Assembly: GCF_006345805.1 (NCBI RefSeq) | Contig: NC_043001.1 | Coordinates: 70,494,001-70,558,000, forward strand | DNA length: 64,000 nt | Source of the DNA: Octopus sinensis | Taxonomy: Eukaryota | Direction: 5' to 3' | Shown here: positions 11,984 through 26,622 of the stretch, piece after piece | Layout of the letters: each line of letters starts with the position of its first letter | Position numbering within the stretch: position 1 is the stretch's first letter | The notes under the pieces: generated by a model | What the model saw: the letters and a program-made list of their open reading frames with translations, nothing else | Databases searched by the model: none | What the model was told of the DNA's origin: nothing | Position numbers and translations under genes: made by a program

Positions 11984-12774
11984 GCGTATTTTGTATGTAA
12001 ATATGTATATACACAAATATGTGTGCGCGCGTGTGTTGTAAGAAACTTGACAGTTGCATCCAAATTTCGCCGAGGGAGCTAATCAAACTGTCAAAACAAG
12101 GTGTGATATGACAGCTTGATAGGCCGCATTCAAAGAAACTTCGAAGTAACTGTCAACTTATAATAAATTTAACTTTGACCTCAGTTTGATTGCGCCGTTG
12201 AGGTAAAGAGTGTTAGATTGTTATGCATATCACAGCAATTATATTAATACCTACACACATATACACACGTATAAGCATATATATATATATATATGGGAGT
12301 ATATGTATATGAATATGTACATATATATGAAGTCGATCGTTTATATAGTTTATAAATGTTTTAAATGACCACGCAGTTTTATCCCAAGTTGCAGTAAATT
12401 GACCAGCCTCAAATTTAGAGCGAAATAAATTTATCTGCATTTACTTGCTCTTAGGAAAACTAAAACATTTTTAAAAATCAAGAATCAAAAAATCGGACTG
12501 AACTATATCTACTCGTATAATAAAATGACAATAGAAAATAATTAAATCTCTCTCTCAGTGATTCTCTCCCCTCGAAGGAATCTTCTTCCCCTCTTCAATT
12601 TCTTACCAAACTCTATTTCCTTCTATATCTGAAGTTGAAAACAAGTGCAGATGGCGACAGCAGCAACGGTGGCCACGAGTTAAATTTCACACGTGTATAT
12701 TTAAACACACACACACACATATATATGTATCATGCGTATGTATGTACATAGGTATTACATAGGTATGTAATAGG

Positions 12775-12818
<44 letters not shown>

Positions 12819-13662
12819 CATATATATATTATATATATAATATATGATTGAACAAAAACGCAATAGAGGACATAAAACATTCGGACAGATAGACGATACA
12901 AAGGCTGACAGGAGAAACAACAACTCGAAGGGCAGGCAAAAAAAGATGGGTCATTAATGGCCTTCTTTCCTCAGTCATGTATACGAGACGTTCTTACTGT
13001 TTCGTGCAGTTACACTTGACACACACATATATGTGTGTGTCTGTATGTATATGTATGTGTTACATATATATATATATATATAATATATATATATATATAT
13101 AATAATATATGTGTGTGTGTGTGTGGTGATGTATATATATATATATATATAAATATATATATATATATGGGTAATATATAAATATATATATATATATATT
13201 TGGTATATTATATATATATATATCTATATATATATATATATATATACATACGCACACACACACATGCTCAGACACACACATACATTCACACAAATTTGTT
13301 TCTGGATTCTTGCTCCTTGTAAAGGTATAGAAAATCCGCATAAAATCTTTTAATTTGTCTACATCACTATTGTCTACATCATTTATGCTGAAAACTGTTG
13401 GATGGTAAGATTACACGTTCTGCTTCATGTGATCAGGACGTTTTTTGAATCCATAACGAATAGTATGCAGTTGGCACAAAGAGGATAGAACCAGCAATGA
13501 AATCTCCTAAATAATATCTCCGTATGAGCTGTATTCCCTGTTCCTGTATTCAAACTTCAGTGATTTTTCATTGCACCTGTTCTATACTCTTTACAGACAT
13601 ACTTTGTCTAAGACACACAATGTCTCTAAGATATACTCACATATATATATACACTACTGCAA

Positions 13663-13868
13663 GATGGTGAGCTGGCAAATCGTTAGCTCGCCGTGCAAAA
13701 TGCTTAGCTGGTTTATGTCCGTTTTTACGTCCTGAGTTCATATTCCGCCGAGTTCGACCGTGCCTTTCATCCCTTCGGGATAGATAGCATAAGTTGAGGT
13801 TAAACACTAGGGTCGTTGTCAACGACTAACCTGAAATTACTAGCCTTGTGCCAAAATTTGAAACCAAT
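13663..13868 (+). mobile_element. SINE family B
   Basis: GGTGAGCTGGCAAATCGTTAGC...GAGTTCATATTCCGCCGAG...CCTTGTGCCAAAATTTGAAACCAA. Confidence 0.85.
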
Positions 13869-14003
13869 CTCTATATATACTACATTTTTTCATGGGAATT
13901 TCATTGAATCGCACAAGTCATTAACTTCATCGATCTCACTTAAACTTGCCATGCCGTAAAGATCATGATGATATATATATATATAATATATATATATAAC
14001 TAT

Positions 14004-14068
<65 letters not shown>

Positions 14069-14310
14069 CCTGTTTTTTAGGGCTAGGAATGATATGGGTT
14101 TTTTCTAAAGAGAATTTAGCTGTGATTCGTACGGAAATGTTGATAACGCTGGTTAAAGTCTCGAAGAGATAACCTCTAGGATGAGGATACTTGTTTAATA
14201 TATATTCTGCTTTCATTTATTTATATATGTTTAAAAGTTTGAGTGTATATTAATGTTATTTCTGCAGAAAAATTTATAACTTTAACCTATCTTGAAAGAT
14301 TGCGTGAAGA

Positions 14311-14376
<66 letters not shown>

Positions 14377-15679
14377 CGTGTGTGTGTGTGCACGTGTGTG
14401 TGTGTATTGTGTGTGTTGTGTGTGTGTATGAGTACTTTCTTCAGGTCAAACCAAAGACAAAGAATATATAATATTTCAGCGACTATTGTTCCCGTCATAA
14501 TTATTCTTATAATTATTAAAGCGTTGGGCTTGAGGATTGTTGTCATCTGGAATAAAATTCCTACAGGCTCCTTTTGTTTTGATTTTAGAACATAAAGGTG
14601 ATTCTTGGACCCATTCTCGAAGACGCCAACATGCTTTCTTCTTTGCATTAGATTTGATTTAGAGTAAAAATGTTGTATAATTTACTGTGACATCCCAAAG
14701 CGTTTGACGCATGATTCCGACACGAAGATTCTATCACAATTGCTGTGAATTTAAAATATTAATACACTAAGAATTAACTTATAAAACTTCCCAAAATGTA
14801 ATAGCCGTTGTTTTCTCAAAAGACAGCTAACCTTCGTGTACATTTATTGGTAGAACTATATGCCGATATATCTTCAAATAAATACAAGACTAACTTTTGT
14901 AGAGTGTACAGGCGGTGTTGTCGCTGTCGTTGTTTTTGTTGTTGTAGCTAGTTAACCTTGATTGAGCGTACATAGAAAGAAATTATTTCAAGTGGGGTCC
15001 ATCCAGTCATCCCTGATAGTGTTCTTCTGTGTTTAAGCCAGTAGCATGTGATGTAAAGTATAATTGGCTGCAATTTCCAGCAACTTATAATAAACCTTGT
15101 GAGGATTCACCCTGGTTGTCAAAAGATACTCGTCAATGATAAGACCAAGGTCAACTCTGAGCGAGCAAACATCTATCTAAATGTGATCCTACCGTAACAA
15201 TCCCAACTTGTTTTTGTATGTGCAAAGATCTCAAGATTAAGTTACTATCGTATGATTTATAAATCAAATGAGTGTTATTTCTGGAAGTTCGAGCGATGAC
15301 GTAATGACATCCTGGCAGAATCGGATAGGTGAGAGCTGTGGACGAATGCTTGAAATCTCTGCGAGGCAGCTAGTTCTAATTAAAAGAGAGGTGCCAACAG
15401 CATGTTTCGAACTGTGGACCTATTGATTATAATACAGTGAATGACTTCTGTCATAGAGTTCTATCTTTCCTGTCAACTCCCCGCCCCCCGTTCTTCAAAG
15501 CAAAGGGAGACACTACGTATGGTTGCCAGCGCTGCTACAACACTAACCATATCTCATACAAATTAAAACCCGAGGCTTCATATAATGAAGGGTACATTCG
15601 ATAATATATATAGGGGTATTAAAAGTGCAAACACTATCAATAAAAAATAAGCAGACAGACAGGGAGGCAGGTAGGAGGG

Positions 15680-15747
<68 letters not shown>

Positions 15748-15762
15748 GAGATAGATAGATAA
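15680..15762. repeat. (GATA)n microsatellite; similar arrays at 18215-18300 and 21470-21590
   Basis: Directly visible. Confidence 0.97.
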
Positions 15763-16141
15763 AATGAATTGTCACGCTTATTATGTCTTTTATCATAAAG
15801 GTCTTATATGATACACGAACGCAACAATAATAACGCACGAATTGTTTAGAATTATTACATTGTTACATATCAATTATAGACATTATTGGTGTATGCATAT
15901 TATTTGTGTGTGTGTATATTTGTGGGTGTATGTATATGTATGTATATATATAAATATATACACTTATATATGCATATATATATATACATATATACATATA
16001 CATCTATATATATACATATATATGTATACATATATATATACACACACATATATATATATGCATATATATATACTGATAGAGAAAATGGCAGACGACACCA
16101 AGAGACAGACATGCAGACAGACAGATATATATATATATATA

Positions 16142-16176
<35 letters not shown>

Positions 16177-17080
16177 ATAGATAGATAGGTAACCACATCC
16201 ATGAATATATAAACACGTATACGGACACACATATACACACGTGAATGTACATGACTCAAAAATAGAATGATGATGTATACAAACACACATGCACACGCAT
16301 GTACTTATAAAAATACACAGACAATAAAGGGAGACTGAGACCGGGAGACAGAGAGCGAGCGAGAGAGGCTGCCAGAGAGAAAGAGAGACCGACAGAGAGG
16401 GAAGACAGAAAGAGAGCGGCAGAGAGAGAGAGAGAGAGACACTGACAGAACGACAGAAAGAGAGAAATAATGATTGTTACGAAGCAACAAGCTTTAAAAC
16501 ACTAATATTGTGACTGTTGTTGTTGTTGCAGTCCATTATTGACTAAGCAGAAATACAAGTGCGTTCCGGCCGTGACCATCTCATACTGTTATGGCAGCGT
16601 TAGTGATCATTTGTGCTTTCGAATGCGCTGTCATGGCTTTTAAACTATAGTAATGTATGTAGAACGGAAAACATACAGCGTGTCTATTACGCAGACTGCA
16701 ACTTCATTTAATTTTACCCGGCAGTTTATTCTAATCGAAAACCAATCTACATAATATTGCATGAGTTTGTATACATACATAATTTGATTGATAGACTGAT
16801 AGATATCTGCACATACGCGCGCACACATACACAGCCATATATATATCGAAACGTTTAGTAGATGAAACCTTAGCGACTGAAGAGGGGATTTTCGTTGTGC
16901 TTATGTCCTGTATCTCTTTTTGATGTCTGTTCCTTGGTTTGTGTCTATGTTTTCGTCTCTCTATGTGTTCGACGTCTTTTTGGTGTCCTGTACACATATA
17001 TGCGTGGGTATATGTACATGTAGAGGTAGGTACGTACATATATGTTTATATATATGCATATGTTCTATTTTATTAACATA

Positions 17081-17116
<36 letters not shown>

Positions 17117-17282
17117 GAGAGACTTACATGTATAATTATACAAAGACATACATGTATATATATATGATATATATATATATACATATATATACATATATAT
17201 ATATATATACATATATATATGTATGTATGTATGTATATGTGTGTTTGATGTGTGTGTGTGTGTGTACGTGTGTGTGTGTGTG

Positions 17283-17600
17283 TGTTAGAGCGTCGAACTT
17301 ACGATCGCGAGGTTGTGAGTTCGAATCCCGGACCGGGCTGCTTATTGTGTTCTTGAGCAAGACACTTTATTTCACGTTGCTCCAGTTCACTCAGCTGTAG
17401 AAATGAGTTGCGATGTCACAGGTACCAAGCTGTATCGGCCCTTGCCTTTCCTTTGGATAACACTGGTGGCGTGCAGAAGGGGAGGCCGGTATGCATGGGT
17501 GACTGACGGTCTTCCATAAACAACCTTGTCCGGACTTGTGCCTGGGAGGGTAACTTCCTAGGTGCAATTTCATGGTCAGACTTGACCGAAGGGGGTCTCA
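17283..17600 (+). mobile_element. tRNA-derived CORE-type SINE family C
   Basis: B box GAGTTCGAATCCC followed by the CORE-like GTGTTCTTGAGCAAGACACTTTATTTCACGTTGCTCCAGTTCACTCAGCTGTAGAAATGAG. Confidence 0.8.
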
Positions 17601-17689
17601 GCTATGTATGTATGTATGTATGTATGTATACATACACTTACGCAGCCATATATACATATTTGTGTACATATGTATCTATATACGTATAC

Positions 17690-17984
17690 TCTCTTTTACT
17701 CTCTTTTACTTGTTTCAGTCATTTTGACTACGCCCATGCTGGAGCACCGCCTTTACTCGAGCAAATCGACCCCAGAGCTTATACTTTGTAAGCCTAGTAC
17801 TTATTCTATCCGTCTCTTATGTCGAACCGCTAAGTTACGGAGGCGTAAACACACCAGCATCAGTTGTCAAGCAATGTTGGATGGGGGACAAGCACAGACA
17901 CGCAAACATATGCACACAAATATATATACACACACACACACACCACATATATATATATATATATTATATATCTAATATATATAG

Positions 17985-18045
<61 letters not shown>

Positions 18046-18208
18046 AAAAGCTCCTTCCAGTTTTCGTCTACCAAATTCACTCACAAGGCTTTGGTCGGCG
18101 CTGAGCTTATAGTAGAAGACACTTGCCAAAGGTGCCACGCGGTGGAACTGAACCCGCGACCAATTAGTTGCTAAGCAAACTACTCACGACACAACCACTC
18201 ATGTGCCT
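17690..18208 (-). mobile_element. SINE family A, full length with an internal microsatellite
   Basis: Tail CTCTTTTACTTGTTTCAGTC...CATGCTGGAGCACC through head ACGACACAACCACTC. Confidence 0.9.
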
Positions 18209-18216
18209 CATGCTCA

Positions 18217-18289
<73 letters not shown>

Positions 18290-18310
18290 GTCTATCTATC
18301 TCGCTCTCTC

Positions 18311-18343
<33 letters not shown>

Positions 18344-18522
18344 ATATGTGCATATGTGTGTGAGTGCATGTGTGTGTGTGTACGTGTGTGAACGTGTGTG
18401 TTTGTGTGTCTGGATGCATAGGTGGACAGAGTGGAATTTTATGCACGTGAACACGTTGTAACGAATCCATTTAATAGTTCTAATAATACCCTGATATGAT
18501 TAGAGCTGTATATATATATATC

Positions 18523-18575
<53 letters not shown>

Positions 18576-18632
18576 CATACATATATATTATATATATATA
18601 TCATATATATACATATATATATAGTATGTATA

Positions 18633-18677
<45 letters not shown>

Positions 18678-19139
18678 CATATATAGGTTTAGTTGTACCA
18701 AAAAAGTTAGAGGGAATTTGTATATATATTTATTTGTCATCGATAGAAGTGTAAAAAGATGCAAACCCGATTCTTCGTAACATGACAACTTCACAAATAT
18801 GTAAAGATACATACATACATACTACATACATACATACATACATCTAATATCTATATATATATATAATATATTATATATATTATAATATATATATTATATA
18901 CATATATATATACATATATACATATATGTATTATGTAGATATATAATATATATATATAATAGGGAGAGAGAGAGAGAGAGAGAGGGAAGATAGATAGATA
19001 GATTTATAGATAGATAGAAAGAAAGAGAGATAGAGAGATAGATAGATATGTATGTGTGCGTATATGTATGTATGTATGTATGTATGTATATATGTATGTG
19101 TAGGACGTCTGATAGTCACAAAGACCGATGTTCCAGTCT

Positions 19140-19313
19140 TCCTTTTTTCATCTTTTACTTGTTTTCGTCATCAGACAGGGGCCATGCTGGGGCGTAAACT
19201 TCAAGAATTTTAGTCGAAAGAACCGACTCCAGTGCATTTTTCTTTCTAAATCTCTAAATGTATTTGCTGAACTGCTGAGTTACGGGGACATAAACTCACA
19301 CACACAACACACA

Positions 19314-19365
<52 letters not shown>

Positions 19366-19597
19366 AACACACACACACACACAACACACACCACACACAC
19401 ACACACACACATACTCACACGCACAGATTCTCTCTCTCCCTCTCACAGGCACATATGCACACACACACAGACATTTACGAAAACCATTCACAAACCGGCC
19501 CGAGGCCTTACAAAATTTCATATATCCAAGATGCTACGCAGTGGGCCCGAACATGCGTCCTTGTTGTTTAGAAGTAAAGTTCTTACCACAAAAGCCA
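19140..19597 (-). mobile_element. SINE family A, old copy with an internal (CA)n tract
   Basis: CTTTTACTTG...GGCCATGCTGGGGC tail and GCTACGCAGTGGG...TCTTACCACAAAAGCCA head. Confidence 0.7.
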
Positions 19598-20884
19598 AAA
19601 TGTCTATTCATTTACATATATTGTAAATGTCACTCCTGTCCTACTACACTTAACCGTACATTTTACAGTTGCTATTAAGGGACGAGAATGATGGATACTG
19701 TAATATAACCCACACTTCCACTTGTAGAACATGCGAGCGATTTCCACAAATTCCGTCAACCTCTTTTATTATGGCATGTTAACCATACATTTGCTTAGCT
19801 GTTTCAGGAGTGGGATCGAACCTGCGACTTCCACAATATTGCAAATTGAATTTCTTTATTACCACTCAGTCATATCAACATCAACCGATTTATTGTACGC
19901 ACTCATTCCCACTACTAAACATACACATGAACTGATGCATGAATGTATATATACTTGCGTATGTGTGTGCATGTGTATTTATATCCATAAATATATATAT
20001 ATGTCTGTGTGTGTGTGTGTGTGTATGTATATGTGTATGTGTTAATGTATTTATATTTAAGCATACATACATATATGTTTATGTATGTGTGTGTGTAAAA
20101 AAAGAGGTAGATAGGTGTACTTAAACATCCAAAATACATTTACAATCTTACACTCGCCGATGTATATGCGTGTCCGTATACGCGTGCTGCGTATATAGGT
20201 GTGATACATAGTTTTATAAACATGTGTGTGTGTGTTTATTAGTATCTGTGTGTGTATGTGTGTGTATGTGCACATACATACTGACATACTGACATACATA
20301 TATACATATCATCGTTGTGATCTGTATTTTGACGCTGTCAAAGTTCTTTACAAAATCTGTTACCTGATAAACATCCACTTTGTGTATTTGATTATTTGGC
20401 CCTGACAACAAGATACTGGCAACGAGTAGACCTTACACTTCCCCAGTTCTTAGTCCTGAAGGCCCCTGTTTTCGAACTCTAGTTCGATTAAACAGAGACT
20501 GATCTGTCCTGGTCCAACTTGACACCTTTTGTCAGTGCATGAGCAGCGATGACACCGCCATTACTGACATATGAATTCGAAGCGGTATTCGAACTGAGAA
20601 TGAGAGGAGAGCATGAACCAATACCACAAAGGATCATGTCAGACGCTCTAACATCTCAAAAAGTTTCACCAAACTAGGCTGGGAATTTATGGACCCTGAA
20701 ATAATTTAATGGAAATTTGAAGCAGTGAAATTTGAACTCAGAACTCAGAGCTGCGAGGAGTTGAAACGAACGTCACAGGACATTTGCTTCAACGTTGTCT
20801 GTATACACAGGCATATGTATATGTGTGTACATCTTTATGTATATATATATATATATATATATAAAGATGTACGCAAATATATAT

Positions 20885-20915
<31 letters not shown>

Positions 20916-20936
20916 AAGCTGTACACAAATATATAT

Positions 20937-21006
<70 letters not shown>

Positions 21007-21270
21007 GTGTATGAATACTATGTAACATATATTTTGTACATGCACCTTTGTATACGTATCGATATACATATATATATATCTAAATGTATATATGTATGAA
21101 CAGTTTATTTTATACATATATACTTATTATAGTCATATATATATATATATATTTGTATATACATACAAACTTATACTCATACACACTTATGAATATACAT
21201 ATACATGTGTCTGTATATATGGACGTATATGTATGTATATATTCGCATGTATAAGTATAGATTGTAGAGA

Positions 21271-21324
<54 letters not shown>

Positions 21325-21470
21325 GACATATATATTTATATATCTATACACTACCATATATAAAATATAACATATATACTTGTATATACATATATATATA
21401 TATACACACACACAGACATAGGTAGATACATATATACAGAGATATAGGCTGATAGACAGAGAGAGATGGT

Positions 21471-21572
<102 letters not shown>

Positions 21573-22558
21573 TATAGATAGATAGGCAGACAGACAGATT
21601 GGTGGATGATTGATGTAACGTGTGTTAATATGTATATATGATATGCATATGTGTGCAGCTGTGTGTATATACATGTGTGTTTATATATACACATATAAAT
21701 GTCAAAGTCATATATATAGATGCTTTTTCTCAGGAAAATTATTCATCTCTTTTCCATAATATACCGAAGATGAACAACAACGACAAAGAAATAAAATATA
21801 TCATAATATAAAATTAAAAGTTACACAACTCACCAGTTTAGGCCTGTTTTCAAAGAAAATAACGAAAAAACCCTCCAAGTTGTATCCAGAACGATTTGTC
21901 ATCAGTTATGTTCATCCAACGTTAAATAAGAAAAATTTTGTATCGCTTTTATATAGATAATATTTGTGTAGCTAGGCGGTAAATATTACACTCACAGATT
22001 ATTTTACAAACAACACAGTGTTATTATTGTTGTTGTTGATGTTGTTGCTATGTTTAATGTTATATCTGTTGTTCTGAATTAATTAGAAACAACAGAACGT
22101 AGAGATTGTGATTTTAGGCAGCAAAACCTTAGCTTGGTTTTTATTATTCTTTCGAGAGAGGGCGGTGCGTTTTCCGGTTGGTGTTCTTGTTGCTATTGTA
22201 ATTGTTATTTTGTGGTGTTTTATGATTGTATCATTCACTTCTATTCTTCGTATATATTGCTGTTGACGTCGCTGTTGTTGCAGCTATTAATATCTTTGCT
22301 GTTCTCATTAACGTGTTCTGTTTTTATTATTTTCCATGACAGTATTGTAAATCGGCTTCTTTTAACTATTAAACTAGTATGTACTATAAAACTTTTTTAT
22401 GCTTGATGAACATAAAAGCGACTGGTGCCGCGTATATACATATATATATATACGTACAGACACGCACTCTAACAACGTAGACAGAACCTTCTATGACTAT
22501 AAGTTTCAAGGTTCAATTAACTATATATATAATATATGTATAGTATATATATATATAT

Positions 22559-22613
<55 letters not shown>

Positions 22614-23971
22614 ATATATTATATATATATATATATAATTATGTATGTATGTAATGTATGTATGTATGTATGTATGTATGTATGTATGTATGTACGTATG
22701 TATGAATGCTCTGTATGTTAAGGCGTACTTTTTTCTGTATGATATATATGGTATCTTTATTTCGATAAATCGCAAGAATGTGTAAGCCAAACCCACCACA
22801 CTCAAATAATGAAATAATCTGTTACGATTAACGTATGTGAAACACCACAAATCACTTTAAATGCGTTTGCATTTTCCCATAATCCTTACGAAATGACAAG
22901 GATTAAATAATTTTAATAACAGGTGGAGAAACACATGTTTCTTAACATTTTCCGGCTCCGTAGACGCAGTAAAGACAGGTATGTGCTGTGTGTGTGTGTG
23001 TCTGTGTGTGTACGTGTGCGTGTATTTTTGTTTCTATGCCAACCTGTGTCGGCGTGTGTGATAAATATATATATATAAGCGCGTGTGAAAACGTCTGTGT
23101 ATCTCTCTCTGTATCTGTTTGTGTGTATGTGTATGTTATTTGGGAGTGTCTGTCTATATGTAGAAATGTACAAGGGGATGTGTATGAGTGTGTGTGTGTG
23201 TGTATGTATCTATGTATGTATAATGCAATGCAGGTGTATATATTGGAAAAACAGATATCGCTCGAACAAGTGGTTTTATAGTGCTGTTTTAAATATATTT
23301 ATATATTATATTTTTCCTTCATTCTTCCTTGTCACTCTCTCTCTCTCTCTCTCTCTCTCTCCCCCTCTCTCTCACACACGCAAAATAGGTAAGATTGTGC
23401 AAAAATAATTTAGTGAAGAATGCAACTGAAGTATATAATGATAATATGAACAAGGCAGAAAGTTCCGTTAAAGTTAAATCTCCGACTGAACAGCGGTGAA
23501 CTGAGTAATTACAGCAAAAATAACAATGATTGCACAAACAGAAACAGCAACCTCAAACAGCAGCAGCAATTACAAAACAATAATAATAATAATAATAATA
23601 ATAATAATTGTGAATTGCAAAATCAAAGATAACGGGAAAAGTAATTAAGTAAACAAACCAATGTAATAATCAACAGAGAGTCACATATGCAATCTGCCGG
23701 TACAGGTGGAATGATCAGTTAGAGTAATTAATTTTGTGTAAGCTTAACAAAACAAACAGATATATAAGAGAAATTTTGCGGGGAGGTAATTGGCATGCGT
23801 TGACCCACCCCCGGAAAGGGGTCGATACAAGTAGCTTATAACGTCCTTCCTATCTGATAAACCAACACACGAGTTACACACGTACACGCACATGCGCTCA
23901 CTGAGACACATGGAAATACATACGCTGAACTTGCTAAAGACGATGATGATGATGTGAAAATAATAATAATA

Positions 23972-24009
<38 letters not shown>

Positions 24010-24550
24010 TTAGAGGTGTTGGTCAGCGGGGGTAAAAAGCAACTTAAGTTTTAAAAGCCATTACATTTTTCGTAAACAAAACAAAAATCATGCAGGTGTG
24101 TAGATTTATGTGTGCATGTGTTTGTGTGTGTGTGTCTGTCCGCGTATTTGTGCGTGCGTGTGTGTGTGCTTGTGTGTGTGTGTGTGTGTTTGAAATTATG
24201 TATGTGTGTGTGTGCATACATTTATATGTAAATTCTTTTTCTGTTTTTTTTTTTTTTCTTTTGCAATATATCCCACACACGGTGCACCGTTGTCGATTGT
24301 CACAGAATTGTCATCCTGCAAGCGAGTGTTGTTACATTAGTTTGTTAGTCAGCTGGATGCGGTGCAGTGCACAGACAGACACAGCAGCATCACCAGCAGA
24401 ATCAGCAGTAGCAGCAGCAGTACAAGTCTACTGAAGGCCAACTAATGGAGGCAGCATCAGCACCAGCAGAAGCAACAACAGCAGCAGTCGTCAGTACAAC
24501 AGATGCACCGACAGCAGAAAAATACGTGTTGCCATTACTATTATTATTAA

Positions 24551-24581
<31 letters not shown>

Positions 24582-24682
24582 TTATTATTATTATTATTAT
24601 AACTATTATTGTTGTTGTTGCTGTTGTTGTAGTTGGTGGTGGTGGTTTTTGTTATTGTTGTTATTGTTGTCATTGACAATAA

Positions 24683-24880
24683 GCTGGCATAATGGTTAGT
24701 ACGCCGGACAAAACGTTTAGCGGCATTTCATCCGTCTTTACGTTGTCAGTTCAAATTCCACCGAGGTGTGAATTTGCCCCCCTACACCCTTTTCAGAGTC
24801 GATAAAATAGGTACAATTTGAGTTCTAGGGAGGATGCAATCGACCAGCCCCATACTCCAAAATTTCAAGCTTTGTACTAC
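24683..24880 (+). mobile_element. SINE family B flanked on both sides by (TTA/TTG)n tracts
   Basis: AGCTGGCATAATGGTTAGTACGCCGGACAAAACG...GTTCAAATTCCACCGAGG...GTCGATAAAATAGGTAC. Confidence 0.8.
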
Positions 24881-25249
24881 AAACAATTATTATTATTATT
24901 ATTATTATTATTATTGTTGTTGCTGTTGTTGTTGTTGGTGGTGTTTTTGTTATTATTATTACTGTTTACGAAAATGCATTTTATTTATGGACTTTACATT
25001 TTTTTATGGAGGTGAGGATCGCTCCGGTTTCGCGTTGGGGTTGAACTGGAAGGAAAAGATTCATAACAAAGTTTTTCCAGTCGTGACCCTCCCGTCTTTT
25101 TCTCTGATGTTGTATATGTTGGAGTACATCAACTTTTATTTTCTTTATTATTTCTGCTGATTTCATGTCAAGGTGCCATGTGGACAAGATTTGGCTGTTG
25201 TTTCTAGCAATTCTAGACCTTAGAAGGGCTCTACGCGTTTCTGATGCTG

Positions 25250-25371
25250 ATGATAATGATGATGATGATGATCAGAATGGCATTGCTATTTTAGTCGATA
25301 GTAGTGTTTATAAGTACCTTGTTAGATCATGATGTAGTAGTAGTAGTAGTAGTAGTATAGTAGTAGTAGTG

Positions 25372-25422
<51 letters not shown>

Positions 25423-26160
25423 ATGGTTGAAGTGGTGTTTGTGTTGCAGTCTGTGGTCTGGAGGTGTTGTGACGGTAACGGTAGTAGTGGTGGCGCTACC
25501 GGTGGTAGCGGTAGTAGTAGTGGCGATGGTGATGGTGTTGGTAACGGCGGTTTTGGTGTTCTTGTTGGTGTCGGTGGTTGTGAGGATATTGACGGTGGTA
25601 ACGATGGTGGTGATGGCGCTGGCGTTGGCGAAGGAGAGGGTGCTGGCAGCGGGGGCGGTGGTACATCTGAAGATGTTTGCAATGTTGCTGTTATTAATAG
25701 TGTTCATGGCGGTGATGATGACGATGATGATGATGATGGTGGTGATGTTGGTGATGGTGATAGTGATAGTGATGGTGTTCATTATGATGGTGACGACGAC
25801 GAGGATTGTGCTGGCGGAATAGAAGTGGTGGTGGTGATGGTGGCGGTGGAGGTGGTGGTGGTGGTGGTGGTGGTGGTGGTGGTGGTGGTGGTGGTGGTGT
25901 GGTGGTGGTGGTGGTGGTGATCACATAGCTATTGATTATGGTGCTGATGATGACAGCTATGATCGTGATGCCATCAGAAATTGCAGCATCAAGAGCAAAA
26001 AGACAAACAAAACAAAAAGCCAGCAGGTAGGTAACAACAATAACAACAACAACAACAACAACAGCAACAAGTGATGTACGAGGAAGATAAAAGAAATAGC
26101 GGTGACGGCAGCAGCCGAAGTTGATGCGGGGATTGGTGGTGACAAAAACAGAAACTGATG
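25250..26160. repeat. Compound and cryptic trinucleotide repeat block (GAT, GTA, GGT, AAC)
   Basis: Strong 3-nt periodicity. All six-frame ORFs here are low-complexity and contain homopolymer runs. Confidence 0.85.
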
Positions 26161-26327
26161 AGGTGTGACGGATCAGCTAACAAAGAACGAGAGATAGAGA
26201 GGGATAGAAGGTGAGAGATAGAGAGAGAGAGAGAGAGAGGGAGGAAGCGAGAGGTGGGGAGAGTGTGTCAGTATGGTGCGTCGCGCTTGTGAGTGTATAC
26301 ATATATAAGAGATACATATGCATGTAG

Positions 26328-26372
<45 letters not shown>

Positions 26373-26412
26373 TATATATATTATATATATATATATAATC
26401 TATACATATATA

Positions 26413-26443
<31 letters not shown>

Positions 26444-26573
26444 ATATATATATATACATATACAAATATATATATTATATATATATATATATATATACAC
26501 ATATATATATATAATATATATACATACATATGTATATATACAAATATATATATATAATATATATATATATAAT

Positions 26574-26622
<49 letters not shown>

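Noticed and set aside
12625-12695. Possible small exon after a pyrimidine tract (LKTSADGDSSNGGHELNFT)
   Set aside because: No convincing donor, and the segment is too short to assess.
20300-20560. Possible minus-strand exon (SGPNNQIHKVDVYQ|gtaaca)
   Set aside because: The acceptor is weak, the peptide is unrecognisable, and adjacent sequence resembles decayed repeats.
25308-25924. Long Gly/Asp-rich, Pro-rich and His-rich ORFs
   Set aside because: All frames are open because of trinucleotide repeats, and there are no splice signals or domain motifs.
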